Assembly (NCBI GenBank): GCA_030146365.1
Contig: JASLBU010000234.1
Location: 1 to 61,744 of the forward strand
Direction: 5' to 3'
Source: Candidatus Limnocylindria bacterium
Lineage (GTDB): Bacteria; Chloroflexota; Limnocylindria; QHBO01
DNA: 61,744 nt
A program made the translations under genes and the position numbers. The notes below the pieces were generated by a model. It did not search any database. It was not told the origin of the DNA and saw only the letters and a program-made list of their open reading frames with translations. Below, one piece after another: positions 24,918-34,009 of the stretch (position 1 is its first letter; the number at the start of each line of letters is the position of its first letter).

Positions 24918-25640
24918 GTGGGGACCTGCATCATCATCCAGGCGCGCATGGGCTCGACGCGACTTCCGGGAAAGGTCGCGATGGACGTGGCGGGGCTTCC
25001 CATGATCGGCCGCGTCCTGGAGCGGGCGGCTCGTGTCCAGGGCGTCGATGACATCGTCGTGGCGATCCCCGACCTGGTGGAGGACGACGGTCTGTCGGAC
25101 CTCGTCCACAGCCTGGGACACCGTGTCGTGCGGGGTCCGTCGGCCGACGTCCTGGAGCGGTACCTGATCGCGGCAGAGGCCACCGGCGCGGACGTGATCG
25201 TGCGGCTCACCGCCGACTGCCCGCTGCTCTCCCCCTCCGTGTCCGCGCAGGTGATCGAGCGTTTCCGGACCGCTCGTGTCGACTACTGCTCGAATACCCT
25301 CCAGCGCAGCTGGCCGCGCGGGCTCGACACGGAGGTCGTCGACATCCGAGCACTCCGGATCGCCGGCCAGGAGGCGGTCAGTGCGTCCGATCGTGAGCAC
25401 GTGACGCCGTTCGTGTGGCGGCAGCCCGAGCGTTTTCGCCTGGCACCGGTATCGACGCTGCCCGACCGCTCCGACCTGCGGTGGACCGTGGACACCGCAG
25501 ACGACCTGGAGATGGTGAGACGCGTTTTCGCCGGCATCGGTGGCGACGACTTCGACCTGCCGGAGATCCTGTGCCTGCTCGAGCGCGACCCGTCTCTCGC
25601 TCTGGTGAATCGAGACGTTCGCCAGAAGCCGCTCGCCTGA
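24918..25640 (+). CDS. pseF: Cytidylyltransferase (SpsF/PseF-type; CMP-pseudaminic acid synthetase candidate)
   Basis: IIIQARMGSTRLPGKV and RLTADCPL are hallmarks of the SpsF-type CTP transferase_3 family. The gene sits inside the pse gene order. Confidence 0.7.
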   Translation: MGTCIIIQARMGSTRLPGKVAMDVAGLPMIGRVLERAARVQGVDDIVVAIPDLVEDDGLSDLVHSLGHRVVRGPSADVLERYLIAAEATGADVIVRLTADCPLLSPSVSAQVIERFRTARVDYCSNTLQRSWPRGLDTEVVDIRALRIAGQEAVSASDREHVTPFVWRQPERFRLAPVSTLPDRSDLRWTVDTADDLEMVRRVFAGIGGDDFDLPEILCLLERDPSLALVNRDVRQKPLA

Positions 25641-27067
25641 TGCGAGTCGTCATCCATGCAGATTCCTCCGCGGAAGTCGGCGCCGGCCACGCGGTCCGGT
25701 CCCTGGCGTTGGGCCGAGCACTCGTCGCCCGCGGGACCACCGTCGAGCTGGCGAGCGCATGCCTGATGGACCCCCACCGAGCGCTTGCTCAGGATCACGC
25801 GATCAAGGTGGTCGATCGCGATGCGGCGGAACGCAGGCCCGACTGGATCGTCGTGGACGGATACCACCTGGGCCCCGCCCAGCGGGCCGTGCTGGCTGAC
25901 CCCGATGTTCCGCGCCTGGTGTTCGATGACCTCGGCATGGATGCCTCGGACGCGGCGATGGTAGTGAACGGCAACCTCTACGCATCCCCCGGCCGCTGGG
26001 GCCCCATGTACTCGGCCGAAGGCCTGCTCGGCCCGGCGTACGCGCCACTTCACACGGAGATCACCGGCGGGAGACCGGACCGGGAACAGCCCGCCATCGC
26101 CGACCGAGCCGTCGTCACCATGGGCGGGTCCGACCCCAGCGACGCCACGCGTGTGGTGATCGACGCCTTGGCCGGGATCCGCCCAGCAATCCAGGCTCGG
26201 GTCGTCATCGGCGCCGCGCATCCGGCGGCCGCCGAACGTGAGCGGCAGGCTCGTGATGCGAACTTCGAGGTGGTGCGAGCGCCGAAAACGCTCGTTCGCG
26301 AGCTCGCGTGGTGTGACGTGGCAATCAGTGCCTGCGGCTCAACCGTCCTCGAAGCGGCCAGGCTCGGCCGGCCGATCGTGGGGGTGGTGATCGCGGACAA
26401 CCAACGTCTCGTCGCTGGCGGGGTCGCGACTGAAGGGCTCGGGGTCATCGCCGGCGAACATCCCGGATTGGGCCCTCATGCGGTCGCGAGCGCATTCGTC
26501 ACCCTGCAGGGTGACCTCAGCCGGCGGGCCGCCATGTCGGCCCTCGGGCCGCGGTTGGTGGACGGGAATGGAGCTCGGCGGATTGCCCAGGCAATGACCG
26601 TCGGCGCGCTACGCCTTCGCGCGGCAGAGCCGGCCGATGGCGGTCGTCTCCTCGCGTGGCGCAACGACCCGATCAGCCTCCACGCCTCGTTCAATACGCG
26701 CCCGGTGGAGCCTGCCGAACACCGTTTGTGGCTCGCGGACCGGCTGGCGAGCCACGGCCACCGGATCTGGATCGGCGAGCTCCGCAGCGGACCGGTCGGG
26801 GTCGTGCGGTTCGAGCTGGAGGGGGCCCGAGCGACGATATCGGTCACGGTCGCTCCCGAGCAGCGCAACGCCGGCATCGGCACCCGGCTGATCGCTGCCG
26901 GGATGGCGCGGCTGGCCGCTGAAGGCCGGCACCTCGATGTCCTTGCGTGGATACGCGCTGAGAATGCAGCGTCGATCGCTGCGTTTCTGGCCGCGGGCTT
27001 CCGCCTCGCCGAGTCGCCTTCGCCGGATCGGGTGCTGCTGCGCCAGCCCGTGCTGCCGGTGGGATAA
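25640..27067 (+). CDS. pseG: Fusion protein: PseG-like UDP-sugar hydrolase (GT28-like N-domain) plus PseH-like GNAT N-acetyltransferase
   Basis: The N-terminus MRVVIHADSSAEVGAGHAVRSLALGRAL and the later AISACGSTVLEAARLGRP are PseG-like. The C-terminal ~150 aa have the GNAT signature VAPEQRNAGIGTRLI. The start overlaps the pseF stop (TGATG). Confidence 0.75.
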   Translation: MRVVIHADSSAEVGAGHAVRSLALGRALVARGTTVELASACLMDPHRALAQDHAIKVVDRDAAERRPDWIVVDGYHLGPAQRAVLADPDVPRLVFDDLGMDASDAAMVVNGNLYASPGRWGPMYSAEGLLGPAYAPLHTEITGGRPDREQPAIADRAVVTMGGSDPSDATRVVIDALAGIRPAIQARVVIGAAHPAAAERERQARDANFEVVRAPKTLVRELAWCDVAISACGSTVLEAARLGRPIVGVVIADNQRLVAGGVATEGLGVIAGEHPGLGPHAVASAFVTLQGDLSRRAAMSALGPRLVDGNGARRIAQAMTVGALRLRAAEPADGGRLLAWRNDPISLHASFNTRPVEPAEHRLWLADRLASHGHRIWIGELRSGPVGVVRFELEGARATISVTVAPEQRNAGIGTRLIAAGMARLAAEGRHLDVLAWIRAENAASIAAFLAAGFRLAESPSPDRVLLRQPVLPVG

Positions 27068-27074
27068 TCGCCTG

Positions 27075-28133
27075 ATGCAGATCGCCGGACGCCGGATCGG
27101 GCACGGGGCGCCGACGTACGTGATCGCCGAGCTGTCGGCGAATCACCGGCACGAGTACCAGGCCGCGGTCGACCTTGTCGAAGCCGCGGCCGACTCGGGA
27201 GTCGATGCGGTCAAGCTCCAGACGTATACACCGGACACGATCACACTCAATACGGACCGCCCGGAGTTTCGGGTCGGGTCGGGCACGGTCTGGGACGGAC
27301 GCACGCTGCACGACCTGTACGCCGAGGCATACACGCCGTGGGAGTGGCACGAGCCGCTTCAGCAGGTGGCGATGGCGCGCGGACTTCACTTTTTCTCGTC
27401 CCCGTTCGACTCGAGCGCAGTCGACCTGCTCGAGGGGCTCGGCGTACCCGCATACAAGATCGCCTCCTTCGAACTCGTCGACCTCGGTCTCATCCGGCGC
27501 GTCGCGGAGACGGGCAAGCCGATGATCATGTCGACCGGCATGGCGACCCTCCAGGAGATCACCGAGGCCGTGGACGCGGCGCGAACGGCCGGGGCGCACG
27601 AGATCGCACTGTTGAAGTGCACCAGCGCCTACCCGGCACCACCGGAAGAGGCCAACCTTCGTACGATCCCCGACCTCCTCAGCCGCTTCGGCCTGCCGGT
27701 CGGTCTGTCGGATCACACCCTGGGCACGGCGGTGGCGAGTGCAGCCGTCGCCGTCGGGGCCTCGATCGTCGAGAAGCACCTCACACTCTCACGCGCCGAT
27801 GGCGGGCCGGACGGCGGGTTCTCACTCGAGCCCGTCGAACTCCGCGCCATGGTCGACCAGATTCGGCTCACCGAGAAAGCGCTGGGGACCATCAGCTACA
27901 CGCCATCCGCAACCGAGGCGGCGAGCCGCATCCTGCGACGCTCGCTCTTCGCGGCGGCTCCGATCCGGGCCGGTGAGCCCTTCACGGAGCTCAACGTGCG
28001 TAGCGTTCGGCCCGGCCATGGTTTGCATACCCGGTACCTCCCCGATCTCATCGGCAAGCGAGCCGCTCGCGACATCGAACCGGGGACACCAATGGACTGG
28101 GACCTCGTTCTCGGGAACCGTCCCGGCGGCTAG
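27075..28133 (+). CDS. pseI: Pseudaminic acid synthase (NeuB family with C-terminal SAF domain)
   Basis: YVIAELSANH, DAVKLQTY, AYKIASFE, PMIMSTGMAT, LKCTSAYPAP and GLSDHT fit the family, together with the SAF-domain tail. Confidence 0.9.
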   Translation: MQIAGRRIGHGAPTYVIAELSANHRHEYQAAVDLVEAAADSGVDAVKLQTYTPDTITLNTDRPEFRVGSGTVWDGRTLHDLYAEAYTPWEWHEPLQQVAMARGLHFFSSPFDSSAVDLLEGLGVPAYKIASFELVDLGLIRRVAETGKPMIMSTGMATLQEITEAVDAARTAGAHEIALLKCTSAYPAPPEEANLRTIPDLLSRFGLPVGLSDHTLGTAVASAAVAVGASIVEKHLTLSRADGGPDGGFSLEPVELRAMVDQIRLTEKALGTISYTPSATEAASRILRRSLFAAAPIRAGEPFTELNVRSVRPGHGLHTRYLPDLIGKRAARDIEPGTPMDWDLVLGNRPGG

Positions 28134-29497
28134 AACGCCTCCAGGTAGCGTTCCACCTCCCATGCACTGACCTGGTTGCGGTACTCGTCCCACTCCTCGG
28201 TCTTCGCCTCGACGAACCGCTCGAAGACGTGATCTCCTAGAGCGTCTCGGATGACCTCGTCGCGGCTCAACTCGTCGAGCGCCTCACGCAGGGTCCCGGG
28301 GAGCTGCCTGATGTTGCGCGACTCCAGCTTGGCGGCGTCGAAGTGGTAGAGGTTCTCCTCGACCGGATCCGGCGGAGTCAGCTTGCGCTCCATGCCATCC
28401 AGCCCGGCCGCGAGCATTGCCGCGAAGGCGAGATACGGGTTGGACGACGGGTCCGGGCAGCGCAGCTCGATACGCACCGAGTTGAACTGGCCCTTGCTGC
28501 TCTGCGGGATGCGGATGAGTGCTGAGCGGTTGATCCGCGCCCAACCGACGTAGACCGGAGCCTCGTAGCCCGGCACGAGCCGCTTGTACGAGTTCACCAA
28601 CGGCGCCAGGATCGCGATCATGCCCCGCGCGTGCTCGAGCGTTCCCGCGATGTACTGTCGCGCCGTCTCGGACAGCCCGTATGGGTCCTTCGGATCGCTG
28701 AACGCGTTCTTCCCCTTCTTGATATCCCAGAGCGACTGGTGGGTGTGCATTCCCGAGCCATTGATCCCGAAGAGCGGCTTCGGCATGAAGGTGGCGTACA
28801 GGCCCTTCGAGGCGGCGACGGCCTTGAGGGTCGTCTTGAAGGTGACCGCGTTGTCGGCGGTGCGCAGCGCATCGGCGTACTCGAAGTCGATCTCGTGCTG
28901 TCCCGTCGCCACCTCGTGGTGCGCCGTCTCCACCTTGATCCCGAACTGCTCCAGCGAGTTCATCATCTCTTTGCGCACTTCCGTGCCGAGGTCCTCGGAG
29001 AGGTCGAAGTAGCCGGCCGCGTCGTGCGGAAGCGGCTCCACCGTCCCGTTGGATCGGCGCAGGAGAAAGAACTCGAGCTCGGGCCCGGTGTTGAAGACAA
29101 AGCCGAGGTTCTTTGCACGGTCGATCTGGCGCCGCAGGACCCAGCGCGGGTCGCCCGGGAAGGGGTCGCCGTCAGGCGTAAACACGTCGCAGATGACGCG
29201 CGCGCTCCCGGTCGCCAGCTTCTCCTTTCCGTCGGGACCGATACCCGGCTCCCACGGGATCTCGGAGAACGTGTCCAGGTCCGGGACGAGGAACATATCC
29301 GACTCGGCGATGCGGGCGAATCCCTCGATACTCGAGCCATCGAACCACTTCCCGTGCTCGACCGCTTCTTCCAGCTGGTGCATCGGCACCTGCACGCTCT
29401 TCACCTGGCCGACGATGTCCGTGAACTGGAGGCTCACGAACCGAAGATTGCGATCGTCCGCCAGCTCGAGAGCAGCGGCCAGCTTACGGCTTGCCAT
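28130..29497 (-). CDS. glnA: Glutamine synthetase, type I
   Basis: FVSLQFTDIVGQVKSV, the beta-grasp domain, and MPKPLFGINGSGMHTHQSLW are diagnostic. GGAGGA lies upstream of the ATG at 29497. The ORF-track entry is N-extended. Confidence 0.9.
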   Translation of the reverse strand: MASRKLAAALELADDRNLRFVSLQFTDIVGQVKSVQVPMHQLEEAVEHGKWFDGSSIEGFARIAESDMFLVPDLDTFSEIPWEPGIGPDGKEKLATGSARVICDVFTPDGDPFPGDPRWVLRRQIDRAKNLGFVFNTGPELEFFLLRRSNGTVEPLPHDAAGYFDLSEDLGTEVRKEMMNSLEQFGIKVETAHHEVATGQHEIDFEYADALRTADNAVTFKTTLKAVAASKGLYATFMPKPLFGINGSGMHTHQSLWDIKKGKNAFSDPKDPYGLSETARQYIAGTLEHARGMIAILAPLVNSYKRLVPGYEAPVYVGWARINRSALIRIPQSSKGQFNSVRIELRCPDPSSNPYLAFAAMLAAGLDGMERKLTPPDPVEENLYHFDAAKLESRNIRQLPGTLREALDELSRDEVIRDALGDHVFERFVEAKTEEWDEYRNQVSAWEVERYLEAF

Positions 29498-29566
29498 GGT
29501 CGTCCTCCGGGGAATGTACGATGGGTCGCCCATGACCATATCCGACCGTGAGCCCGCGGAGGCTGC

Positions 29567-30367
29567 GTGACCCTCCGCACGGACGGCCAACCTGATGTGC
29601 AAAGTGCACAGACAACGACGCCCCCCCGGATCGTCCTGCTCACGCGCGGCACGAGCCACGCGGCCCGCATTCTCGAGGGCCTGTCGGAACACGGCATCCG
29701 CGCGGATGCCATCCTTCTCGAACGACCGGTCGGGCGCCAGCTCATGCGGCGCGTCCGTGACGTCGTCCGGCGCCGCGGCCTCAGGGCCATGATCCGGGCG
29801 TTGGTGAGCCGCGCCGCGGCGAGGGTGCACCCCGGTCGACAACCATGGCTCACGGCCGACTTCTATGCCCTGCGCACGAGCCGTCTCGTGAGGGTGCCGT
29901 CGCTGGCTGGCCCCGCTGCAGTGGCGGCGCTCGAGGAGCTCCAGCCGGATCTGCTCGTCCTCGCGGGAGCACCGGTTCTACCTGCCGCCGTACTCGACAC
30001 GGCGGCACGCGGGACGTTGAATGCACATCCCGGGCTGCTGCCGAGGTATCGGGGAGTCGACGTGGTGCCGCACGCGGTGCTGAACGGCGACCCGGTCGGT
30101 GCGACCGTCCACTTCGTGGACCCCGGAATCGACACCGGTGCCATCGTGGGGCGAGTCGAGGTCCAGGCCGCTCCAGGGGATACGCTGGCCACGCTCCAGG
30201 AGCGCGTGGAGGCGGCGGGGGCAGCGCTCCTCGCGGACGCCGTCGCCCGTTTCGTGCGCGATGGCCATCTCCCGACTGAGGACCAGGCGGAGCGTCACCG
30301 GCTCTGCAAACGCCTGAGCACTGCCCAGAGGCGGGACGCCGAGGCGCGACTCCGGGCGACGGCGTGA
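29567..30367 (+). CDS. Formyltransferase-domain protein (Fmt/ArnA-N/sugar N-formyltransferase-like)
   Basis: PDLLVLAGAPVLP, NAHPGLLPRYRG (the HPSLLP-type motif) and FVDPGIDTGAIVG (catalytic Asp) are present. GGAGG lies 4 nt upstream of the GTG at 29567. Confidence 0.7.
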   Translation: MTLRTDGQPDVQSAQTTTPPRIVLLTRGTSHAARILEGLSEHGIRADAILLERPVGRQLMRRVRDVVRRRGLRAMIRALVSRAAARVHPGRQPWLTADFYALRTSRLVRVPSLAGPAAVAALEELQPDLLVLAGAPVLPAAVLDTAARGTLNAHPGLLPRYRGVDVVPHAVLNGDPVGATVHFVDPGIDTGAIVGRVEVQAAPGDTLATLQERVEAAGAALLADAVARFVRDGHLPTEDQAERHRLCKRLSTAQRRDAEARLRATA

Positions 30368-31758
30368 ACGAGCTTCGCTGGTTCCTGGAGTCCGATACGC
30401 CGGCCCGTCGGTACGCCGTCGAGCTTCTCAGCGATGCGACCGGCCTGCGGGCGAGGATCGTCGACCGACCACCCACCGATGGGACGCCCTACATTCACCA
30501 CGGACGGGGCGAGGCGCTCGGTCCGCGCGCGCTGCTGATCCCGCACCACCCCGATGCTGCGCCGATACTGTCGCCGCAGGTCTCCGATGGAGATCCGCCA
30601 TGGCGGCTGAACGGCGACATCGTCGACGGAACCCTCGCCTTCGTCACCGATGCCGTCCACGATGGCGTCGGGGTTGCTGCGCTTGACGCTCACGGCCGCT
30701 TGCGTGCGGAAGCCAGCCACCTCGCCGCCCGCGGGGCCGTCACCGATCCGGTGGTGAACCGCTACGTCGCGATTCTCGAGCGAGCGCTGCCCAGGCTGGG
30801 AACGTACGAACCGCGACCTCGGTGGCCGAACGGAGCGCGTGCGGCGATCGGGATCTCGCACGACGTCGATCGGCCCGAGAAGTACGCCATCCTGCGTGCG
30901 CTCCGCGAGGGGCGCCTTCCCCCGGCACCACGGCTGCCCTGGTTCGCCGCGCGCGCGGCGCGCGACTTCGCGCATCGCGTTCGCGACTCCCACCCGGATG
31001 ACTTCTGGCTCTTCAACGAGGTGGTGGCTGCCGAGGCCGCGCATGGCTTCCGCTCGACCTTCCTGTTTTCGGTCGTTCCGGCCTACGCGGCCTACGGTTC
31101 GACGAACGACGTCCTGTACGACGCGGCATGGCCGCACCTGACGCATGAGATGCGACGGCTACGCGGCCAGGGCATCGAGCTGGGCCTGCACGCAAGCTAT
31201 AACGCCTGGCGGCGTCCTTCACGCTTTGCCGCGGAAAGGAGCCGGCTCGAGGAGCTGAGCGGGGGACCGATCCGCGGGCTGCGACATCATTTCTGGCAGG
31301 TCGGTGGCGACGTCCCGGGTACCCTGAGAGCCCATGAGTCCGCCGGGTTCGAATATGACTCGTCACTCGCATTCAATGACGCAGTCGGCCTGCGCCGCGC
31401 CATCGCACTTCCCTACCGGCCTTGGGACGCGATGGAACAACGGGCGCTGCGCACCTGGCAGCTCCCGGTGATCGCCCTCGACAGCGCGGCATGTACCCGG
31501 GCGGACTCGCCGACCGATGCGATCGATGCGGTGTGGGCCGGCATCCAACGCGTGATCGATGTCGGGGGCCTGGCGGTCCTCGATTGGCACGTCCGCTGTT
31601 CCTATCCCGGCAACGAACGCTACCGCCTGTGGGGAGAGACGTATCTCGGGATCCTCGAGCGGCTGGGGGCGGCGTCCGGGGTGTGGGTCGCCGGACTTGG
31701 CCAGATCACCGATTGGGCGGCCACGAGGTCGCGTGCGATCGTAGAAGCTGGTGCCTAG
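30364..31758 (+). CDS. Polysaccharide deacetylase-like (CE4/ArnD-like) protein with an N-terminal extra domain
   Basis: AAIGISHDVDRPEKY, RSTFLFSV and GIELGLHASY resemble the Asp/His metal motifs of the NodB-fold family. It is GTGA-coupled to the formyltransferase. Confidence 0.6.
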   Translation: MNELRWFLESDTPARRYAVELLSDATGLRARIVDRPPTDGTPYIHHGRGEALGPRALLIPHHPDAAPILSPQVSDGDPPWRLNGDIVDGTLAFVTDAVHDGVGVAALDAHGRLRAEASHLAARGAVTDPVVNRYVAILERALPRLGTYEPRPRWPNGARAAIGISHDVDRPEKYAILRALREGRLPPAPRLPWFAARAARDFAHRVRDSHPDDFWLFNEVVAAEAAHGFRSTFLFSVVPAYAAYGSTNDVLYDAAWPHLTHEMRRLRGQGIELGLHASYNAWRRPSRFAAERSRLEELSGGPIRGLRHHFWQVGGDVPGTLRAHESAGFEYDSSLAFNDAVGLRRAIALPYRPWDAMEQRALRTWQLPVIALDSAACTRADSPTDAIDAVWAGIQRVIDVGGLAVLDWHVRCSYPGNERYRLWGETYLGILERLGAASGVWVAGLGQITDWAATRSRAIVEAGA

Positions 31759-32765
31759 CGTTCCTCGTGTGAGGAATCCGCCTGCCGCATGAGGCGGAGC
31801 GCATCCTCGGACCGGCGAGGATCGATTCCAGTCTCCGCAGCGGCACGACGTAACCGGTAGAGCACGGTGTTGCGGTGGACGCCGAGGGCCCGCGCCGCGG
31901 GTGCGATGCGACCGTTGGCGCGAGCCACCGCAAGCAGTGTGTCCCGCATCGGATCGCCGGTCGACGGCGGGAGGCGCCGCCCGGCTCGGGGGCCGGCCGG
32001 GGTGAGCTGCTGAATACTCGGACGGCGCAGCAGCGCACGCAGCGTGATTGCCAGCGCGTCGAGCGCCACCTCGTCGATGGCCGCGAAGGGGAGGTCGTCG
32101 AACAACCACGCGGCTGCGCCGGAGGACACCGGCCGTTCGAGCAGAAAGAGCCCATCGCGGAATCGATCGGTGGCATTCGGCCGCGATCGCGCCAGCAGGC
32201 GTGCATGCGTCGCCGCGAAGCGGGTGGCGAGAGCCGTCCCCGCTGGCCGGGGGTGCAGGGCCACCAACGACCCACCGCTCGTGACGGCGACCCCTCGTCG
32301 CAGCCGGGCTGCCACGAGTCCCGCAGCCGCGCCCGGCTGCGGATCGGCCAGGGCGGCCTCAGCCGTCGCGAGCCGCAGCTCGGCCACGACCGTGGCGAGG
32401 TGCGATCGCTCGTCCTCCAGGTATCCGGCCACTCGTTGTGTAAGCCGCGTCACGGTCCCATGGCCTGCCAGTACGGGGAGCGCATCGGCCGCGGGTTCGA
32501 ACCGGGTCACGTCCTCGCAGAGGATCCACACCCCGGCAGGATCCAGATGCGCCTCCCGCAACGTCGTGACGAGCTCGTCGAGGTGGCGTTGGAGCACTCC
32601 GGCATCCGCCAACAGGACCTGCCCGGGAATGAGGGCGGGAAGGTGGGGCGGAGCGGCACGCGTGCGGGCCAGGCCACGCACGGGGCGTGCGAGCTGCTCG
32701 ACCGCACCGGAGATGAGCCGGGCCTCCGGGTCGATGGCCCGCCAGATGTCGATGACGCTCGTCAC
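31755..32765 (-). CDS. PucR/CdaR-family transcriptional regulator
   Basis: The C-terminal HTH ...NGRIAPAARALGVHRNTVLYRLRRAAAETGIDP is typical of the family. The GTG at 32765 forms a GTGA overlap with the upstream stop. Confidence 0.7.
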   Translation of the reverse strand: MTSVIDIWRAIDPEARLISGAVEQLARPVRGLARTRAAPPHLPALIPGQVLLADAGVLQRHLDELVTTLREAHLDPAGVWILCEDVTRFEPAADALPVLAGHGTVTRLTQRVAGYLEDERSHLATVVAELRLATAEAALADPQPGAAAGLVAARLRRGVAVTSGGSLVALHPRPAGTALATRFAATHARLLARSRPNATDRFRDGLFLLERPVSSGAAAWLFDDLPFAAIDEVALDALAITLRALLRRPSIQQLTPAGPRAGRRLPPSTGDPMRDTLLAVARANGRIAPAARALGVHRNTVLYRLRRAAAETGIDPRRSEDALRLMRQADSSHEER

Positions 32766-34009
32766 GCGCGCGCTCCGAGCCGCTCGGCGATCCGCTCCAG
32801 CTCGGCCGCCGGCCGATCGAAGCGCTCGCCACGGAGCACGATGCGGGCGGCATTCGCGTGCGGCCGCACCGTGAGTCGCCGGCGCGGCAGCCAGAACGTG
32901 ATCGCCAGCGACACGCACAGGAGTGCTGCACCGGCGAAGAGCACTCCAAGCCCAGGGTCGCTGCGAGAGAGGAAGGTGACCCACGCGTCGAAGCCCGAGA
33001 AGCTGACCACCAGGGCGCCGAGCCGTACCTCGTCGCCGGGTTGCAACCGAGCCACCTCCACCAGCCCATCGGCTCCCACGACACTGATACCGAGCTCGTT
33101 TGCGGTAGCGTCCGCCAGGGCCAAGCCGAGCGTGAGTCCCGCAGTGGGCAGCTGGACCGAACCAGCGAGTGCGCCCCCGGTTTCCGCTTGCAGCGGGATC
33201 GCAGCGTCGAGCAGCGTGCCGCCGGCGAGGGTCGTGACCCGGACGCGAGCCGCGGGCCCGTACGACCACGGATGAACGAGATAGCCGTCGAATGCACCCG
33301 GCTCGTTCACTCGCAGGAGACCGCCCCGCACTACGGCGCCGTCACGCAGGAACGTCACGGCCGTATCGAGGCGACGCGCGCGGCCGTCGGGGCCGAACTC
33401 CGCCTCGAGCGATTCCAGCCGCACAGCCGAGGAGAACCCGGCCCGGGGCGTGTCCAGGAGCGCCTGGTCGCCGGGCAGCAGCGAGAACGTCGTCTCAGAA
33501 CCGAAGGCCGCGCCGATCGCCGTCCCGATCACGATGAGCACGAAGGCGAGGTGGCTTGTCTGGCCGGCGAAGCGCGACCAACCGCGGCGGACGCCATGGA
33601 TCGCCCAGCCGCCGCGCACGCGCTCGCGCCGCGTGCGGTAGCCGGCGCCCTGCAGGGCCCGCTCGACGGTATCGGGCTCCGGCGCCGGGTCGAGCGAAGA
33701 CTCCACAGCGCCGGGGCCTGGGCGGGTCGGGCCAGGGTGCCGCCACTCGCGCCATGTCGCCGGCACGCGGACGGCAGCCGCGGCGACGGCACTCAGCGTA
33801 AGGACTCCGAGCAGCAGCGCGTACGGCCATTCGCCGAGCAGGGCCGGCCCGTCGGGCAGAAGGGCAGCCGCGGCGTTCGCCACGCCGGCGGCAGCCAGCA
33901 GACCGAGGCCGACCCGGCCGTCACCGATGGTCCGCAACAAGCGCTCGGCGCCCCGAGACAGCCGGTCGGTCGCCCGCAGCGACCTCGTGGTCACGCGGGT
34001 TGCGGCCAT
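32762..34009 (-). CDS. ResB/Ccs1-like cytochrome c biogenesis membrane protein (short form)
   Basis: An N-terminal TM segment is followed by RRGWSRFAGQTSHLAFVLIVIG and a large loop containing LRVNEPGAFDGYLVHPWSYG (compare VN.P....G...YQ). A C-terminal TM segment follows. No ccsA/resC partner lies in the window. Confidence 0.6.
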   Translation of the reverse strand: MAATRVTTRSLRATDRLSRGAERLLRTIGDGRVGLGLLAAAGVANAAAALLPDGPALLGEWPYALLLGVLTLSAVAAAAVRVPATWREWRHPGPTRPGPGAVESSLDPAPEPDTVERALQGAGYRTRRERVRGGWAIHGVRRGWSRFAGQTSHLAFVLIVIGTAIGAAFGSETTFSLLPGDQALLDTPRAGFSSAVRLESLEAEFGPDGRARRLDTAVTFLRDGAVVRGGLLRVNEPGAFDGYLVHPWSYGPAARVRVTTLAGGTLLDAAIPLQAETGGALAGSVQLPTAGLTLGLALADATANELGISVVGADGLVEVARLQPGDEVRLGALVVSFSGFDAWVTFLSRSDPGLGVLFAGAALLCVSLAITFWLPRRRLTVRPHANAARIVLRGERFDRPAAELERIAERLGARA

